DNA of 64,000 nt from a virus (taxonomy: Duplodnaviria > Heunggongvirae > Uroviricota > Caudoviricetes), in IMG/VR virus record IMGVR_UViG_3300026549_001031. The stretch is one strand, 5' to 3'. Positions 40,697 through 51,740 of the stretch are shown here, one piece after another (position 1 is the first letter of the stretch; the number at the start of each line of letters is the position of its first letter). A program made the translations under genes and the position numbers. The notes under the pieces were generated by a model that did no database searches, had not been told where the DNA came from, and saw nothing but the letters and a program-made list of their open reading frames with translations.

Positions 40697-41194
40697 ATGG
40701 CTAAAAAGAAGGATCCATTTAAGTTGGAAATCACAGATCTTAGTTTATTAAGAATCAGACGTGTGTTTGATTGGAAAATCTACTTTGATTACAATGGTGA
40801 GCACTACATGATAATCAGTGATGACGATGAAGATATTCACACATCATTCTATAAAAGAGAGATTGACAGTCAGGGAAAAGTAACAACGCATTGTTTATGT
40901 GGGGTATTTAGACATTGCTGTGCTAATACATTCATTAGAGATGTATCAAAGATGCATAAGGGTGGATTAACATACTCTAACATTGATAGAGAGTTTTTTG
41001 TCAAACAGTTAGTGACATTTGGTTTTGCAGGTGGACTCTTTGAAAAAGAGTACAAGTACAAAGAGAAAAGAAAAGCAGCCATTGAAAAAGAGATTGAGAA
41101 GCTTAGAGAGGAAATGCATAGCTTGGAAACTAACTGGAGAACTACATCAGGTCATGGATCAAAATGCTATGTGAAAAACAAGGAGGACAAGTAA
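40697..41194 (+). CDS. hypothetical protein
   Basis: ORF. Confidence 0.55.
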   Translation: MAKKKDPFKLEITDLSLLRIRRVFDWKIYFDYNGEHYMIISDDDEDIHTSFYKREIDSQGKVTTHCLCGVFRHCCANTFIRDVSKMHKGGLTYSNIDREFFVKQLVTFGFAGGLFEKEYKYKEKRKAAIEKEIEKLREEMHSLETNWRTTSGHGSKCYVKNKEDK

Positions 41195-41196
41195 AA

Positions 41197-41814
41197 ATGG
41201 AGAAGATCATTAAAGATAAAGTTAATGGCAAAGATGGAGTTTACCTGCCACAGTTAAAAGGGGAGTCTAATCCTTATGATACCTTATGGTACTTATCAAT
41301 TGAGATTGGTAGGGCATACATCTTTAGAACGAGAAGATTAGGTACAGGCATTGATGATGGGGTGGGAAGTCTTAAGAAAGCATATGATAAGCTATACAAT
41401 CAGCTAGAGCAGCTTACAGAAGAGGAAAGAGACTTTCTGATGAAAGATTCAATGTTTAACAAGATTGATTTCTTCAATACAAATGGGGAAAACAACAGAC
41501 TTATGGAAATGGAGAATGAGTCATTTTCTAGAATGTCATATGAAAGTCAGCTGGTAACTAAAGATTTCCTGGTGGCTACACTTGGAGAGGAAGAGGGCAC
41601 TAAAGAGTTTAGTAGACGCTGTGAACTTGTGAAAGTAGGGCGTCGCTATAAAAAGGATTTCCTTATGAGTGTACGCGAGTACTTATCTGGGGATGTAGAT
41701 AGCAATGATGGAATTAAGGCATTTCTTGGTAATTTTGATTACGAGCTTATAGATGATGATGTACAGCTTATGATTGATGTAAATGCAACAGGTCACAGAT
41801 TCTACAATGAATAA
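41197..41814 (+). CDS. hypothetical protein
   Basis: ORF; start placed after GGAGG SD. Confidence 0.55.
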   Translation: MEKIIKDKVNGKDGVYLPQLKGESNPYDTLWYLSIEIGRAYIFRTRRLGTGIDDGVGSLKKAYDKLYNQLEQLTEEERDFLMKDSMFNKIDFFNTNGENNRLMEMENESFSRMSYESQLVTKDFLVATLGEEEGTKEFSRRCELVKVGRRYKKDFLMSVREYLSGDVDSNDGIKAFLGNFDYELIDDDVQLMIDVNATGHRFYNE

Positions 41815-41829
41815 TGGAGGGTGTAGACA

Positions 41830-42681
41830 ATGGGTAAAAGAGTAAATACAACTGTTAAAGAGAGAAAAGCATTACTTAAAGAACTTGGGTATACAGAAGA
41901 TGAGATGCGGCAGTTTTATGATGAGGCAGCTGAAGTAAACAGCAAGATCTCGGCGCTTAAGAATACAGGGCATAAGTGGACGGACTTAACAGTTTATCAG
42001 ATGAGACAGCTTCCTGGTTTGAAAGAGAGGGCATTGGGGCATCTTAAGGCAAAGCAGCAGGAGGAAGAGGCTAAGCAGGCTGAGGAGGAAAGAAAGCAGC
42101 AGGAAAGAGCCAACTACAAGGCTAATTTTGAGGGAAACATGCTCAAAAAGATTGATGCAGGGGAGAAGTTAACAGAGGAAGAACTCAAGACATTGGTTTG
42201 TGAGTATGAGTATGACAAAGAAGAGAGTGCAGACGTATACAAGGATAAGAGAGGCGTTGATACAGTAGTTCAGCTTAGAGATGGAAAAGACAGTAGATTT
42301 TTCAATATCTACTGGGTTGAGGATCTTAGCAGCTTTGGAGTAAATGAGTTTAACTCACAGCCTTGTGAAGTAGTCAAGGTTTATGATACAATCAAGATTG
42401 AGAAATGGGTAGGTAAGAGCATCGCTGATCCGTTCGAAAAAGTAGAAGATGCAGAGGTTAAGAAAAATGAGACAGAGACTGAAAAGGCTGTAACAGAGGT
42501 TAAAGAAGATGTAGCAGAGGTTCAAGAGGACACAGGCAGTAAAATTACAGCTGATACCATTGACAAGATTGTAGATTACATGGCTGATCATTGCATTGGT
42601 TGTAACATTTATTGTTTAACTGCATTTGAAATTAAAGAGATGCGTGAATATTTAAAGAAGCATATCAGTGATATTAAATAA
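41830..42681 (+). CDS. hypothetical protein
   Basis: ORF with SD; coiled-coil segment. Confidence 0.6.
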   Translation: MGKRVNTTVKERKALLKELGYTEDEMRQFYDEAAEVNSKISALKNTGHKWTDLTVYQMRQLPGLKERALGHLKAKQQEEEAKQAEEERKQQERANYKANFEGNMLKKIDAGEKLTEEELKTLVCEYEYDKEESADVYKDKRGVDTVVQLRDGKDSRFFNIYWVEDLSSFGVNEFNSQPCEVVKVYDTIKIEKWVGKSIADPFEKVEDAEVKKNETETEKAVTEVKEDVAEVQEDTGSKITADTIDKIVDYMADHCIGCNIYCLTAFEIKEMREYLKKHISDIK

Positions 42682-42759
42682 AGAGTACAGAGGTTAATAA
42701 GGGGCTAGACATTGAGATAAAAAGTGTCTAGCCTTTTGTAGAATAGGAGAGCAGTACAA

Positions 42760-43314
42760 ATGATAATGATAGCAATTAAAAATAAAACATATACAGGGGT
42801 GAAAAGGGGGTTATTCTCAAGAAAGGTAGAATTAAAACCTTATTTGAGAATAGGTGATACAGAATACAAAAACAGTGTACAGGTTATATCTGATGCAAAC
42901 TTACTATATTATGATAAGAACATTATACTGTTTAGAGCAGGTCATAAGGATAGAGAGGATATTGCATCAAGATATGAGAAGTTAGACATAGCAGATGCGG
43001 ATGTATTCTTTAACATTATGGATATGAACAAGTTACTTAATAGTAAATACTTAGAGTTACTTGTGATGACTATTAAAAAGAAGGAGCAAGCATTAAATGG
43101 TTACATAGAAATCGCTGTGATAGACACTGATAAAGAAGAGGTACTTTGTAGAGAAAGAGCTGATGCAGCTAATAATATGGTAGATCAGCAGGTAGGATAT
43201 AGAGTCTTTCTTGATAGAAAAGGAGATGGGTTGAGTATCAGTGGTATTTCAGTGACTGCATCACATAAGGCGTCTGACTGCATCAAATGGTTTATCAATA
43301 GTATTGATAGATAA
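42760..43314 (+). CDS. hypothetical protein
   Basis: ORF with SD. Confidence 0.55.
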   Translation: MIMIAIKNKTYTGVKRGLFSRKVELKPYLRIGDTEYKNSVQVISDANLLYYDKNIILFRAGHKDREDIASRYEKLDIADADVFFNIMDMNKLLNSKYLELLVMTIKKKEQALNGYIEIAVIDTDKEEVLCRERADAANNMVDQQVGYRVFLDRKGDGLSISGISVTASHKASDCIKWFINSIDR

Positions 43315-43387
43315 AAAGAGTGGCATACTTATTGACAAAATGGGTTTAAGTGTGATATAATAGATACTAGAATAGGAGGATACATAA

Positions 43388-44119
43388 ATGAAAAGTGGCA
43401 TATTGGATAAGATCTTCGAGGCATTATATAAAAAGTCAAAGCATGGTCAAGAAATGGAGGACACTAACAATGGGCTTAGTGAAATACATAAACCAGCATT
43501 GGAAGGAATCAAGGGGCAGCAAATTAAACTTGATATAGACAGTGTAAAAAATGGTGAGTGATCTGATGATAATAAACTGGCAACCATTGAAATTGGAGAG
43601 GGCAGGGAGTTTGTTCTTGGTATTGAGGGCATAGGTTGTGAACATGCATTTAAAAACGACAGGCTCAATGATATGGCAGACATTGATACAATTATTGTAA
43701 CTGATGGATGTATGGTAGGGCGTACAGAATCATCCTTTGAGATTAAGGGATGTGCAGTGTACTATGGAGATAAGGCATACAAGAAAGGATTTGCTTACTT
43801 AGATGTACCTTTTGATGATCTTGATAAAAAAGGATATGACGTTGGAGCAGAGTACTTTTACATGAGAGCAGATGATGTAGGCAGGGGATGTACAACATGT
43901 TACATAAATGTTTATGGAGAGAGTCCTTGCAATGATTGGAGTTGTAACCTTGACAACTATAAAATAGTAAAACTCTTTGAATACAAGGATGAGACATTAC
44001 AGTTTATTAGTGGGTACAGGACAAGTATTCCGGCAGCATATAAAGGTAAAAATCCTGACTTTTTAGTTGTGGAGAATACAGGTAGAGAGTTAATAGTCAG
44101 GGTCAGAAATAAATACTAA
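43388..44119 (+). pseudogene. gene with a single in-frame TGA (43559-43561): nonsense allele or readthrough
   Basis: Promoter 43332-43361, AGGAGGA SD and ATG 43388; the frame stays open after the TGA into the listed 43673-44119 ORF. Confidence 0.6.
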
Positions 44120-44139
44120 CAGAAAGGAAAACATAAATC

Positions 44140-46092
44140 ATGGATAGATTAGTTAGAGTTGCAACTATTTCTCCTCGTGTACATGTGGGAAATGTGGATG
44201 CTAACATTAATGAAATCAAAGAGGCATATGAAAAACTTGTAAACAAGCACGGTAATGTGAATATCGTGGTTACACCTGAACTTAGCTTATGTGGGTATAC
44301 TGCACAGGATCTGATGTTTAATCAGTCAATATCTGATTACTTTGCAGAGGATAAAATTACAGCTAGCATTGATGCATTGATCAATTCAGTGCATTATGGA
44401 ACAATACTTGTAGTTGGTGCTCCTGTTGTAGTAAATAATGCAATGTATAATTGTGCTATTATCATTGCAGCAGGTGAGGTACTTGGGGTTGCTCCTAAAT
44501 GTTACTTACCTAATTACAATGAGTTCTATGAAAAAAGATGGTTTAACAGTGGTTTTGATGCTCAAACAACATCAATTAAACTTTGGAGACAGCAGGTACC
44601 TTTTGGTAGATCATTGGTGTTTAATACTGGAGACTTCAAGTTTGGAGTAGAACTTTGTGAAGATTTATGGGCACCTAATCCTCCTTCAGTAGACATGGCA
44701 CTTAATGGGGCAGAGGTAATTCTTAATCTGTCAGCAAGTAATGAGACCATTGGTAAAAGTGATTACAGACGTTCATTAGTAGCACAGCAGAGTGCTAGAT
44801 GCATTTGTGGATATGTGTATTGCTCAGCAGGCAGTAGTGAGAGTACATCTGATATTGTGTTTAGTGGGCATAGCATGATTGCAGAGAATGGTTCAATTCT
44901 TTCAGAAGCACGGTTGTTTGATAAGAACAATAGTATTCTTGTGAATGACATTGATCTCAACAAGATTAGACACGATAGAATGGTTAATAAAACATTTACA
45001 TTTGGACCTAAAGAGTCATTGAGAGAGATCCGATTAAAATGTAGACATAGACAGGTTGGCGGCGGTTACAGACATAACTATGATCATACAATAAGAGAAA
45101 TCAGCATTACACCTTTTGTACCTAGACTTACAGAGTCAGATAAGAGATGTGATGAGATCTTTAACATTCAGACAGAGGCACTGGCAAGAAGATGGGAGAG
45201 CATTGGTTGTGAAAATGCAGTCATTGGTGTTTCAGGTGGTTTAGACAGTACACTTGCATTACTGGTTGCAGTTGGGGCAGCTGATAAACTTGGATATGAT
45301 CATAGCAGAGTATTAGGTATTACAATGCCTTGTTTTGGAACAACATCAAGAACAAAGAGTAATGCAGTGAAACTCATGGATGTGCTTGGTGTTTCATCTA
45401 GAGAGATCGATATTAAGGCAAGTGTTAAGCAGCACTTAAAAGATATTGGACTTTCAGAGGATGATAGAAGCCTTGCTTATGAAAATGCACAGGCACGTGA
45501 AAGAACACAGATACTTATGGATATTGCAAATATGAGCAGTGGATTTGTGATTGGTACAGGAGATTTAAGTGAACTTGCATTAGGGTGGTGTACTTATAAT
45601 GGGGATCATATGTCAATGTATGGTGCGAACAGCAGTATACCTAAGACATTAGTAAGGACACTGGTTGAAAGAGTAGGCTTAACAATAGCAAACACTTTTG
45701 ATAGGGATGCACGTAGTGAGATGATTGATTGCATCAAAGACATTCTTGCAACACCTGTTTCACCTGAATTACTTCCTCCTTCAGAAGATGGCACTATTGC
45801 TCAGCTTACAGAAGATAGTGTTGGACCTTATGTATTAAACGATTTCTTCCTGTATTATACATTAAGGTTTGGGTTTAGCAGAGAAATGATCATTTCATAT
45901 GCAGTTGAGGCATGTCAACAGAGTGAGAATTACAAGTATTCAGAGGGAGAGATCACTTATTGGTTAGATAAGTTCATTAAGAGATTCAAGAGGGCACAGT
46001 TCAAACGTAACTGTTGTCCTGATGGAATCAAGGTAGGTTCAGTATCACTTAGTCCTCGTGGAGATTGGCGGATGGCAAGTGAAGTAGAATAA
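44140..46092 (+). CDS. nadE: glutamine-dependent NAD+ synthetase
   Basis: Nitrilase domain (TPELSLCGY, PKCYLPNYNEFYE, ELCEDLW) plus SGGLDST, ENAQARERT and GTGDLSELALGWCTYNGD. Confidence 0.95.
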   Translation: MDRLVRVATISPRVHVGNVDANINEIKEAYEKLVNKHGNVNIVVTPELSLCGYTAQDLMFNQSISDYFAEDKITASIDALINSVHYGTILVVGAPVVVNNAMYNCAIIIAAGEVLGVAPKCYLPNYNEFYEKRWFNSGFDAQTTSIKLWRQQVPFGRSLVFNTGDFKFGVELCEDLWAPNPPSVDMALNGAEVILNLSASNETIGKSDYRRSLVAQQSARCICGYVYCSAGSSESTSDIVFSGHSMIAENGSILSEARLFDKNNSILVNDIDLNKIRHDRMVNKTFTFGPKESLREIRLKCRHRQVGGGYRHNYDHTIREISITPFVPRLTESDKRCDEIFNIQTEALARRWESIGCENAVIGVSGGLDSTLALLVAVGAADKLGYDHSRVLGITMPCFGTTSRTKSNAVKLMDVLGVSSREIDIKASVKQHLKDIGLSEDDRSLAYENAQARERTQILMDIANMSSGFVIGTGDLSELALGWCTYNGDHMSMYGANSSIPKTLVRTLVERVGLTIANTFDRDARSEMIDCIKDILATPVSPELLPPSEDGTIAQLTEDSVGPYVLNDFFLYYTLRFGFSREMIISYAVEACQQSENYKYSEGEITYWLDKFIKRFKRAQFKRNCCPDGIKVGSVSLSPRGDWRMASEVE

Positions 46093-46122
46093 ACAATCAT
46101 AGCAATTAAGGAGGTATACATT

Positions 46123-46587
46123 ATGAGATATGCTGGTAAAACAGTTTGTTTAGTTATGTGCAATGGAGATATCATTGCTGCATACGAGGACGATGATGAG
46201 GCAGAAGGAAAGGCATTTGAGATCAACAACAATAATGCAGATGCAGCAGCAAGGGAGGCAGGATATGACCCTGACGACTTATCCGATTCAGAGGCGGCAG
46301 AGTTTGCTTTTAAGGGAGGCTTTGATGGGTATGCATATGTAGAATATGTTCAGATACCTGAAGAAGATGAAGAGGACACTGACGAAGATGATGACAACTT
46401 CAGTAGAGTGGATGAGGACTCTGAGTTCTACACAAGTGAGGGAGATACATTAACATATGGAGATGTAATCAGTGCAATTGATGCTATGTGCAGTGACGAT
46501 GAAGATGAGGACAGTGAAGAAGATGAATGGGACATTGACACAGGTGATGACACTGACGAGGATGATGACACTGACTATTATCTTTGA
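46123..46587 (+). CDS. highly acidic small protein
   Basis: Very high D/E content, strong SD. Confidence 0.65.
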   Translation: MRYAGKTVCLVMCNGDIIAAYEDDDEAEGKAFEINNNNADAAAREAGYDPDDLSDSEAAEFAFKGGFDGYAYVEYVQIPEEDEEDTDEDDDNFSRVDEDSEFYTSEGDTLTYGDVISAIDAMCSDDEDEDSEEDEWDIDTGDDTDEDDDTDYYL

Positions 46588-46618
46588 CAATAGGCTTGGG
46601 TGGAGCAGGAGTTAAGAT

Positions 46619-47554
46619 ATGGCAAAATTTAGTAGAGACACCTTATATGCAGGAGTGATTGGTACAGCAATAGGTGATGCACTGGGAGTACACGTAGAGT
46701 TTAGAAATAGAGAAGCATTGAAGAAAAATCCTGTTACGGACATGATTGGGTATGGAACATGGAATGTACCAGCAGGTACATGGTCAGATGATACAAGCAT
46801 GATGCTAGCAACAGTGGATGGGCTGAACAAGGCAGGATACAATTTTGATGGAGGCACTGTAAATAAGTCACATATGGCATGTGAAATTATTGCATGCAAC
46901 TTCATAGATTGGTTTGTGTCAGGTGAATTTGCAGTAGGACATAATAGGTTTGACTGTGGTAACACTTGTGGTAGAGCAATACATAAAATGTTACAGGGAT
47001 ATAACATTGATGAGTGTGGTGTTACAGATGAAGATGCACAGGGCAATGGTAGTTTAATGAGGATATTTCCAGCAGTCTTTTGTGATGATGCTTGTACATT
47101 AAGAGCTAGTAGACTAACACATAATAATGATGTGTGTGACTCTGCTACAATGATGTTTAAGCATATTATACTGGAGATAATCAATAGTACAGGCAATAGG
47201 ATAAGTAAGCAGAACATTATAAATAAAGCAATTAACAGTGTAAACGAGAAATACATGATCAATTTGTTTGGTGAGCATACTACAGAAATAAGTAAAGTTT
47301 CAGAAAAAGATATTGGATCATCTGGTTATGTAATAGATACATTGAAAGCTTCAATTTGGTGTTTTGTTACAACTGATAACTACAGTGAATGTGTGTTAAA
47401 AGCAGTAAATCTTGGAAATGACACTGATACTACAGCAGCTGTTGCAGGTTGTTTAGCAGGTGTTTATTATGGTATCAACAATATTCCTGAAAAGTGGATC
47501 AGTATGTTAAATGACAGAGATCTACTTGAAAGAATATGTTACAATAAAAAATAA
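46619..47554 (+). CDS. ADP-ribosylglycohydrolase (DraG/ARH family)
   Basis: GDALG, WSDDT, GNGSLMR and GNDTDTTAAVAG. Confidence 0.92.
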   Translation: MAKFSRDTLYAGVIGTAIGDALGVHVEFRNREALKKNPVTDMIGYGTWNVPAGTWSDDTSMMLATVDGLNKAGYNFDGGTVNKSHMACEIIACNFIDWFVSGEFAVGHNRFDCGNTCGRAIHKMLQGYNIDECGVTDEDAQGNGSLMRIFPAVFCDDACTLRASRLTHNNDVCDSATMMFKHIILEIINSTGNRISKQNIINKAINSVNEKYMINLFGEHTTEISKVSEKDIGSSGYVIDTLKASIWCFVTTDNYSECVLKAVNLGNDTDTTAAVAGCLAGVYYGINNIPEKWISMLNDRDLLERICYNKK

Positions 47555-47574
47555 AGAGAGGACAGGTAAAAATA

Positions 47575-49161
47575 ATGAAGAAAGACATTACAAAAATGGA
47601 CTTACTTGTGTCATTTGATACTACAGGCAGTATGTATCCTGTATTGTCACAGGTAAGAAGAGAGGTTGAGCAGTTTGTAAAAGATATGTTTGCAGAGTTT
47701 GCAGATCTCAGACTTGGTATCATCGCTCATGGAGACTACTGTGATAAGGATGATCCTTATACAATTAGAGTCATGGACTTTACAAGAGATGAAGAGAGAC
47801 TTTGTAAGTTTGTAAGAGAGACAGCACAGACATATGGAGGCGACGCTGATGAGTGTTATGAACTTGTATTGAATACAGCTCATAAAGAGCTGGAGTGGCG
47901 TGATGATGCTGATAAGATCATGATTATGATTGGTGATGCATCACCACATAGTGTGAGTTATAGTATGAATAAAGATGGACTTGATTGGAGAAAAGAGGCA
48001 GACACATTAGCAGATAGAGGCATCAAGGTATTTGCAGTTCATGCACTTGCAGGTTGGAGGAGCTCATCCAGAGGATTCTACAAGGCAGTAGCAGAAAAGA
48101 CATTGGGCATCTATTTAACACTTGATCAGTTTAATGAGATTGTTGATCTTATCAGAGCAACGGTATGTCAGCAGAGTGGTGAGGAAAGACTCAATGAGTT
48201 TGTCACAATCATTAGAGATAATGGTAAAATGACACGTTCAATGGAAAACAACATTAAGCGTCTGCGTGGTGAGGAAGTAGAGGACACTTATGATTACTAC
48301 AGAGATCATACTACAAAGAGAAAGAGAACACATTCAAGCGGTGGTCATACAGATGAGGCAGTAGTAATTAAGGATATGGACGAGCTGGTGCCTGTAATGC
48401 CTGGTAGATTTCAGGTAATGACAGTTGATGAGAACTGTGACATTAAGGGATTCGTGACAGCCAATGGTATCGAATTCAAGAAGGGCAGAGGATTTTACGA
48501 GTTGACAAAGGCTGAAACAGTACAACAGTACAAAGAGATCATTATGCAGGATAGAGAGACAGGAGAAATGTTTAATGGATCTCAGGTAAGAGAAAAGTTA
48601 GGCTTGCAGCCTCAGACAGTAAAAGGTGGAGTGCATGAGAAGTTATATGCAAAAGATGCTAAAGAATTTAGGATCTTCGTTCAGAGTACCTCAGTTAACA
48701 GGAAGTTAATTGCTGGTACAACCTTCCTTTATGAGATTGCAGACCTGGAGGATGCAGGTACAGAGATTAAGGAAGAAGAAGCACCTGTAGAAAAGAAAGA
48801 AGCACCTGTCAAGGAGAAAGAGAAACATACAGAAAAGAAAGAGACTAAAAAAGATGGAAAGAAAAAGACTGGAGCAGTTAAGAAAAAAGATGATGCAGTC
48901 AAGAAAGAGAGAACCGCTACTAAGAAAAAGGCAGTTACGTCTGAAAAGAGAGCAGCAACAGCTGTAGATAAGAAAAAAGCAGCTGAATTAGCAGCAAAGA
49001 TGCATTCATTAAAGAGCCTGAGCACGGCAATGGACAAGGTAAAGGATGGCGCTGAAAGATATCAGCATAGTCAGAACAAGAAGAATACAGAGTTCTTGAG
49101 AAACAACCTTAAAAAGACAATCGAGACAGCTCAGAAGTTGTTAGATGCTCTGGGAGAGTAA
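47575..49161 (+). CDS. vWA-domain protein with Lys-rich linker
   Basis: DTTGSM MIDAS motif, HGDYCD, GGDADECYE and IGDASPH. Confidence 0.85.
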   Translation: MKKDITKMDLLVSFDTTGSMYPVLSQVRREVEQFVKDMFAEFADLRLGIIAHGDYCDKDDPYTIRVMDFTRDEERLCKFVRETAQTYGGDADECYELVLNTAHKELEWRDDADKIMIMIGDASPHSVSYSMNKDGLDWRKEADTLADRGIKVFAVHALAGWRSSSRGFYKAVAEKTLGIYLTLDQFNEIVDLIRATVCQQSGEERLNEFVTIIRDNGKMTRSMENNIKRLRGEEVEDTYDYYRDHTTKRKRTHSSGGHTDEAVVIKDMDELVPVMPGRFQVMTVDENCDIKGFVTANGIEFKKGRGFYELTKAETVQQYKEIIMQDRETGEMFNGSQVREKLGLQPQTVKGGVHEKLYAKDAKEFRIFVQSTSVNRKLIAGTTFLYEIADLEDAGTEIKEEEAPVEKKEAPVKEKEKHTEKKETKKDGKKKTGAVKKKDDAVKKERTATKKKAVTSEKRAATAVDKKKAAELAAKMHSLKSLSTAMDKVKDGAERYQHSQNKKNTEFLRNNLKKTIETAQKLLDALGE

Positions 49162-49300
49162 AATTAATACATAATATAAAATTAAGAGCAGTAGTTTAGT
49201 TTATACTAGGCTACTGCTTTTTGTTTACTTGCATATAAACTAGCATAAGAGTAATAAAAATTAGATTTTTTATTTTTAATTTATTATTTTTGAGAGGATT

Positions 49301-50731
49301 ATGAAAATGGTTGAAGGCTTTGGTAAAAAGTGGTTACAGAAGGTAATAGTTTCGTTAGTTGTAATGGCTACAGGTGTTAGTGGTATTGGTGCAGTAGTAA
49401 ATGGAGTTATGAACATTGCTAATGGTTCACCTATACAGGAAGTAGTTAAAGATGTTGCAACAGATGCAGTTAAGACCAAAGCAACAGAGGCATTGAGTGG
49501 TGCAGTTCAGACAAATAGTTCATTTGGTGGACCTAAATATAAAATGGTGTCTTATAAAAAGAGCAATATATTTGGGTATTTAAGACCTGGTTGGGATTCA
49601 GAAGTCTATGGATATAATGATGGAGTATTTATTGGAAATAGGACACACAATAAACCTAAGGGAGTCAATCTTAAGTGGAATAATAGAAATGCAATGGATT
49701 TTGAGATAGGACAGTTTAGAAAAGAGAATGTAAGATCTGGAGATTACATAGCATATAACTCTAAGACATTTACTTTTGTAGCTGGTAATGTTGATAAGTT
49801 TAAGTTAAACGGTTACATTTTGGAATATGATGAGTATTATAACAAAGCTACAGTTGTAAAATATAAGAAGGGCAAGAGAGCAGATAAAGGTATTGTGATT
49901 GATAGTGACAACACAGTACAGTACAAGAATTTGGACAAGGATAATGTGCTTGCTACATTTGATACAAGTAGTTCAAGCTTTGTAGAAAACAAGAAAGCAA
50001 CCAAAAAATGGTTTAGTAGCAATTTACCTGATGATGATATTAAAGTAAGTTTTGATAGTGACAATAATAAAATAGATATGTCATTTGATGATACAAAGAT
50101 TGCAATTAGTTGCGCAGATGATACATTGGATTTTACAACAGATAAGACAGTATTTAATGGAAATGCATTTAAGTTTAATTGCAAGACAGCTTTTAATGAT
50201 ACATTGAGTGATGGTCACTGGATCAATTATGATTATGAGGTTGCAAATAAGATTGGAATTACACAGGATGATGGAACAGTTGGAGAAGTCAAACTTGCAA
50301 GTGAAGAGGATCTTAAGAACGTAAGTGATGATCATGTAAACATTAAAGCATTATCAGTGTCATTGATTAAGACAGGAGCACATGCAACAGTTGAGTTGCT
50401 TGTTGAGGATAAGATTGGAGCCATTAATAGTTTAGTTGAAGTCACTACAGGAAGTAGTGTTACAGATAGGATAAATGATGTAGTCGATGATGCAATAGAT
50501 AAGGCAGCTGGTACAGATACAGAGAGCACTGAAGAATCAAGTGATAGCAGCTCAAGTGAGGGATATGACAGTTCAGATGATGAGTATGAATATGAGACAT
50601 TTCCTGATGGGTCATATAGAAAAATAAAGAAGGACAGTAAAAGTTCATCAGACGGCGATAGTGGAGATAGTTTATACAATAAGGTTAAAGATAGACTTAA
50701 CAAGAGTGGGATAGACTTTAATATAAATTAA
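49301..50731 (+). CDS. secreted/membrane-anchored hypothetical protein
   Basis: N-terminal hydrophobic segment; S/D-rich tail. Confidence 0.6.
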   Translation: MKMVEGFGKKWLQKVIVSLVVMATGVSGIGAVVNGVMNIANGSPIQEVVKDVATDAVKTKATEALSGAVQTNSSFGGPKYKMVSYKKSNIFGYLRPGWDSEVYGYNDGVFIGNRTHNKPKGVNLKWNNRNAMDFEIGQFRKENVRSGDYIAYNSKTFTFVAGNVDKFKLNGYILEYDEYYNKATVVKYKKGKRADKGIVIDSDNTVQYKNLDKDNVLATFDTSSSSFVENKKATKKWFSSNLPDDDIKVSFDSDNNKIDMSFDDTKIAISCADDTLDFTTDKTVFNGNAFKFNCKTAFNDTLSDGHWINYDYEVANKIGITQDDGTVGEVKLASEEDLKNVSDDHVNIKALSVSLIKTGAHATVELLVEDKIGAINSLVEVTTGSSVTDRINDVVDDAIDKAAGTDTESTEESSDSSSSEGYDSSDDEYEYETFPDGSYRKIKKDSKSSSDGDSGDSLYNKVKDRLNKSGIDFNIN

Positions 50732-50829
50732 TCCTAGCATCAAGAATTATAGAGTTGTGGTAGACGCATCTAGTGATGTGATATCTTAGTAGAGGCAAGT
50801 AAAAAAGAATATAAAGGAGACATATAAAA

Positions 50830-51723
50830 ATGAGTTTTGACATTCCAATGAAAACAACAGGAGCATTAGATTTTTCAACACTGGCAGGAGGAAATGCACC
50901 TACACAACAGAACATGCAGGGCATGCAAAATATGCAGGGTGCACAGAACATGCAGAATATACAGGGTGCTAATTTAGGTAATCAGGGGTTCGGACAGCCT
51001 AGCATGAATCAGAATATGGGAAACATGGGAGGACAGGCAGCTAATCAGCAGTTCAATGCAGGAAATAATATGGGTGGTTATGCACAAAACATGGGAAATC
51101 AGCAGGTGCAGAATTTTCAGCAGCCTGTAGCTAAAAAGAGACCAGCAGTAGGTAAGGGAGTAATACTTAAGAAGGGTCAAAAGTTAGCCTTGAGTGATAA
51201 TGGGGCAGCATTGAAAAATGTTAAGGTTTGTCTTGGTTGGGATGTGCTAAATCAGGGCGTTGACCTTGATGCATCTGCTTTTATGCTTGGTGCAGATAAT
51301 AGAATCGTTGGCGATGATTGGTTTGTCTTTTATGGACAGACACAGAGTCCTGATGGAAGTGTAAATCATTCAGGAGATAGTCAGGGTCAGGGAGATGGCG
51401 ACGATGAGACTATTAGTATTGCATTGGATAGAATCAATCAGTCAGTAAACAAAATCACATTTGTTGTTACCATTGACGAGGCTTTGGAGAGAGGTTTCAA
51501 TTTTAGTATGGTGGCAAATGCCTATGTTAGAGTGGTAAATGCAGATACGAATGTAGAGATTGCTAGGTTCACATTGTCTGAATATTACAACAATGTTACA
51601 TCAATGGTCGTTGGTGAGTTGTATAAGCATAACGGACAATGGAAGTTCAATCCTGTAGGAGATGGGGTTGCGAAGGATTTAGCAGGGTTATGTGAGATGT
51701 ATGGAGTTAATGTTGCAGGTTAG
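50830..51723 (+). CDS. TerD-family protein with Q/N/G/M-rich N-terminus
   Basis: LGWD, DLDASAF, FVFYG, GDGDDETI and GELYKHNGQWKF. Confidence 0.9.
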   Translation: MSFDIPMKTTGALDFSTLAGGNAPTQQNMQGMQNMQGAQNMQNIQGANLGNQGFGQPSMNQNMGNMGGQAANQQFNAGNNMGGYAQNMGNQQVQNFQQPVAKKRPAVGKGVILKKGQKLALSDNGAALKNVKVCLGWDVLNQGVDLDASAFMLGADNRIVGDDWFVFYGQTQSPDGSVNHSGDSQGQGDGDDETISIALDRINQSVNKITFVVTIDEALERGFNFSMVANAYVRVVNADTNVEIARFTLSEYYNNVTSMVVGELYKHNGQWKFNPVGDGVAKDLAGLCEMYGVNVAG

Positions 51724-51740
51724 AAATTAAGGAGGTCATT

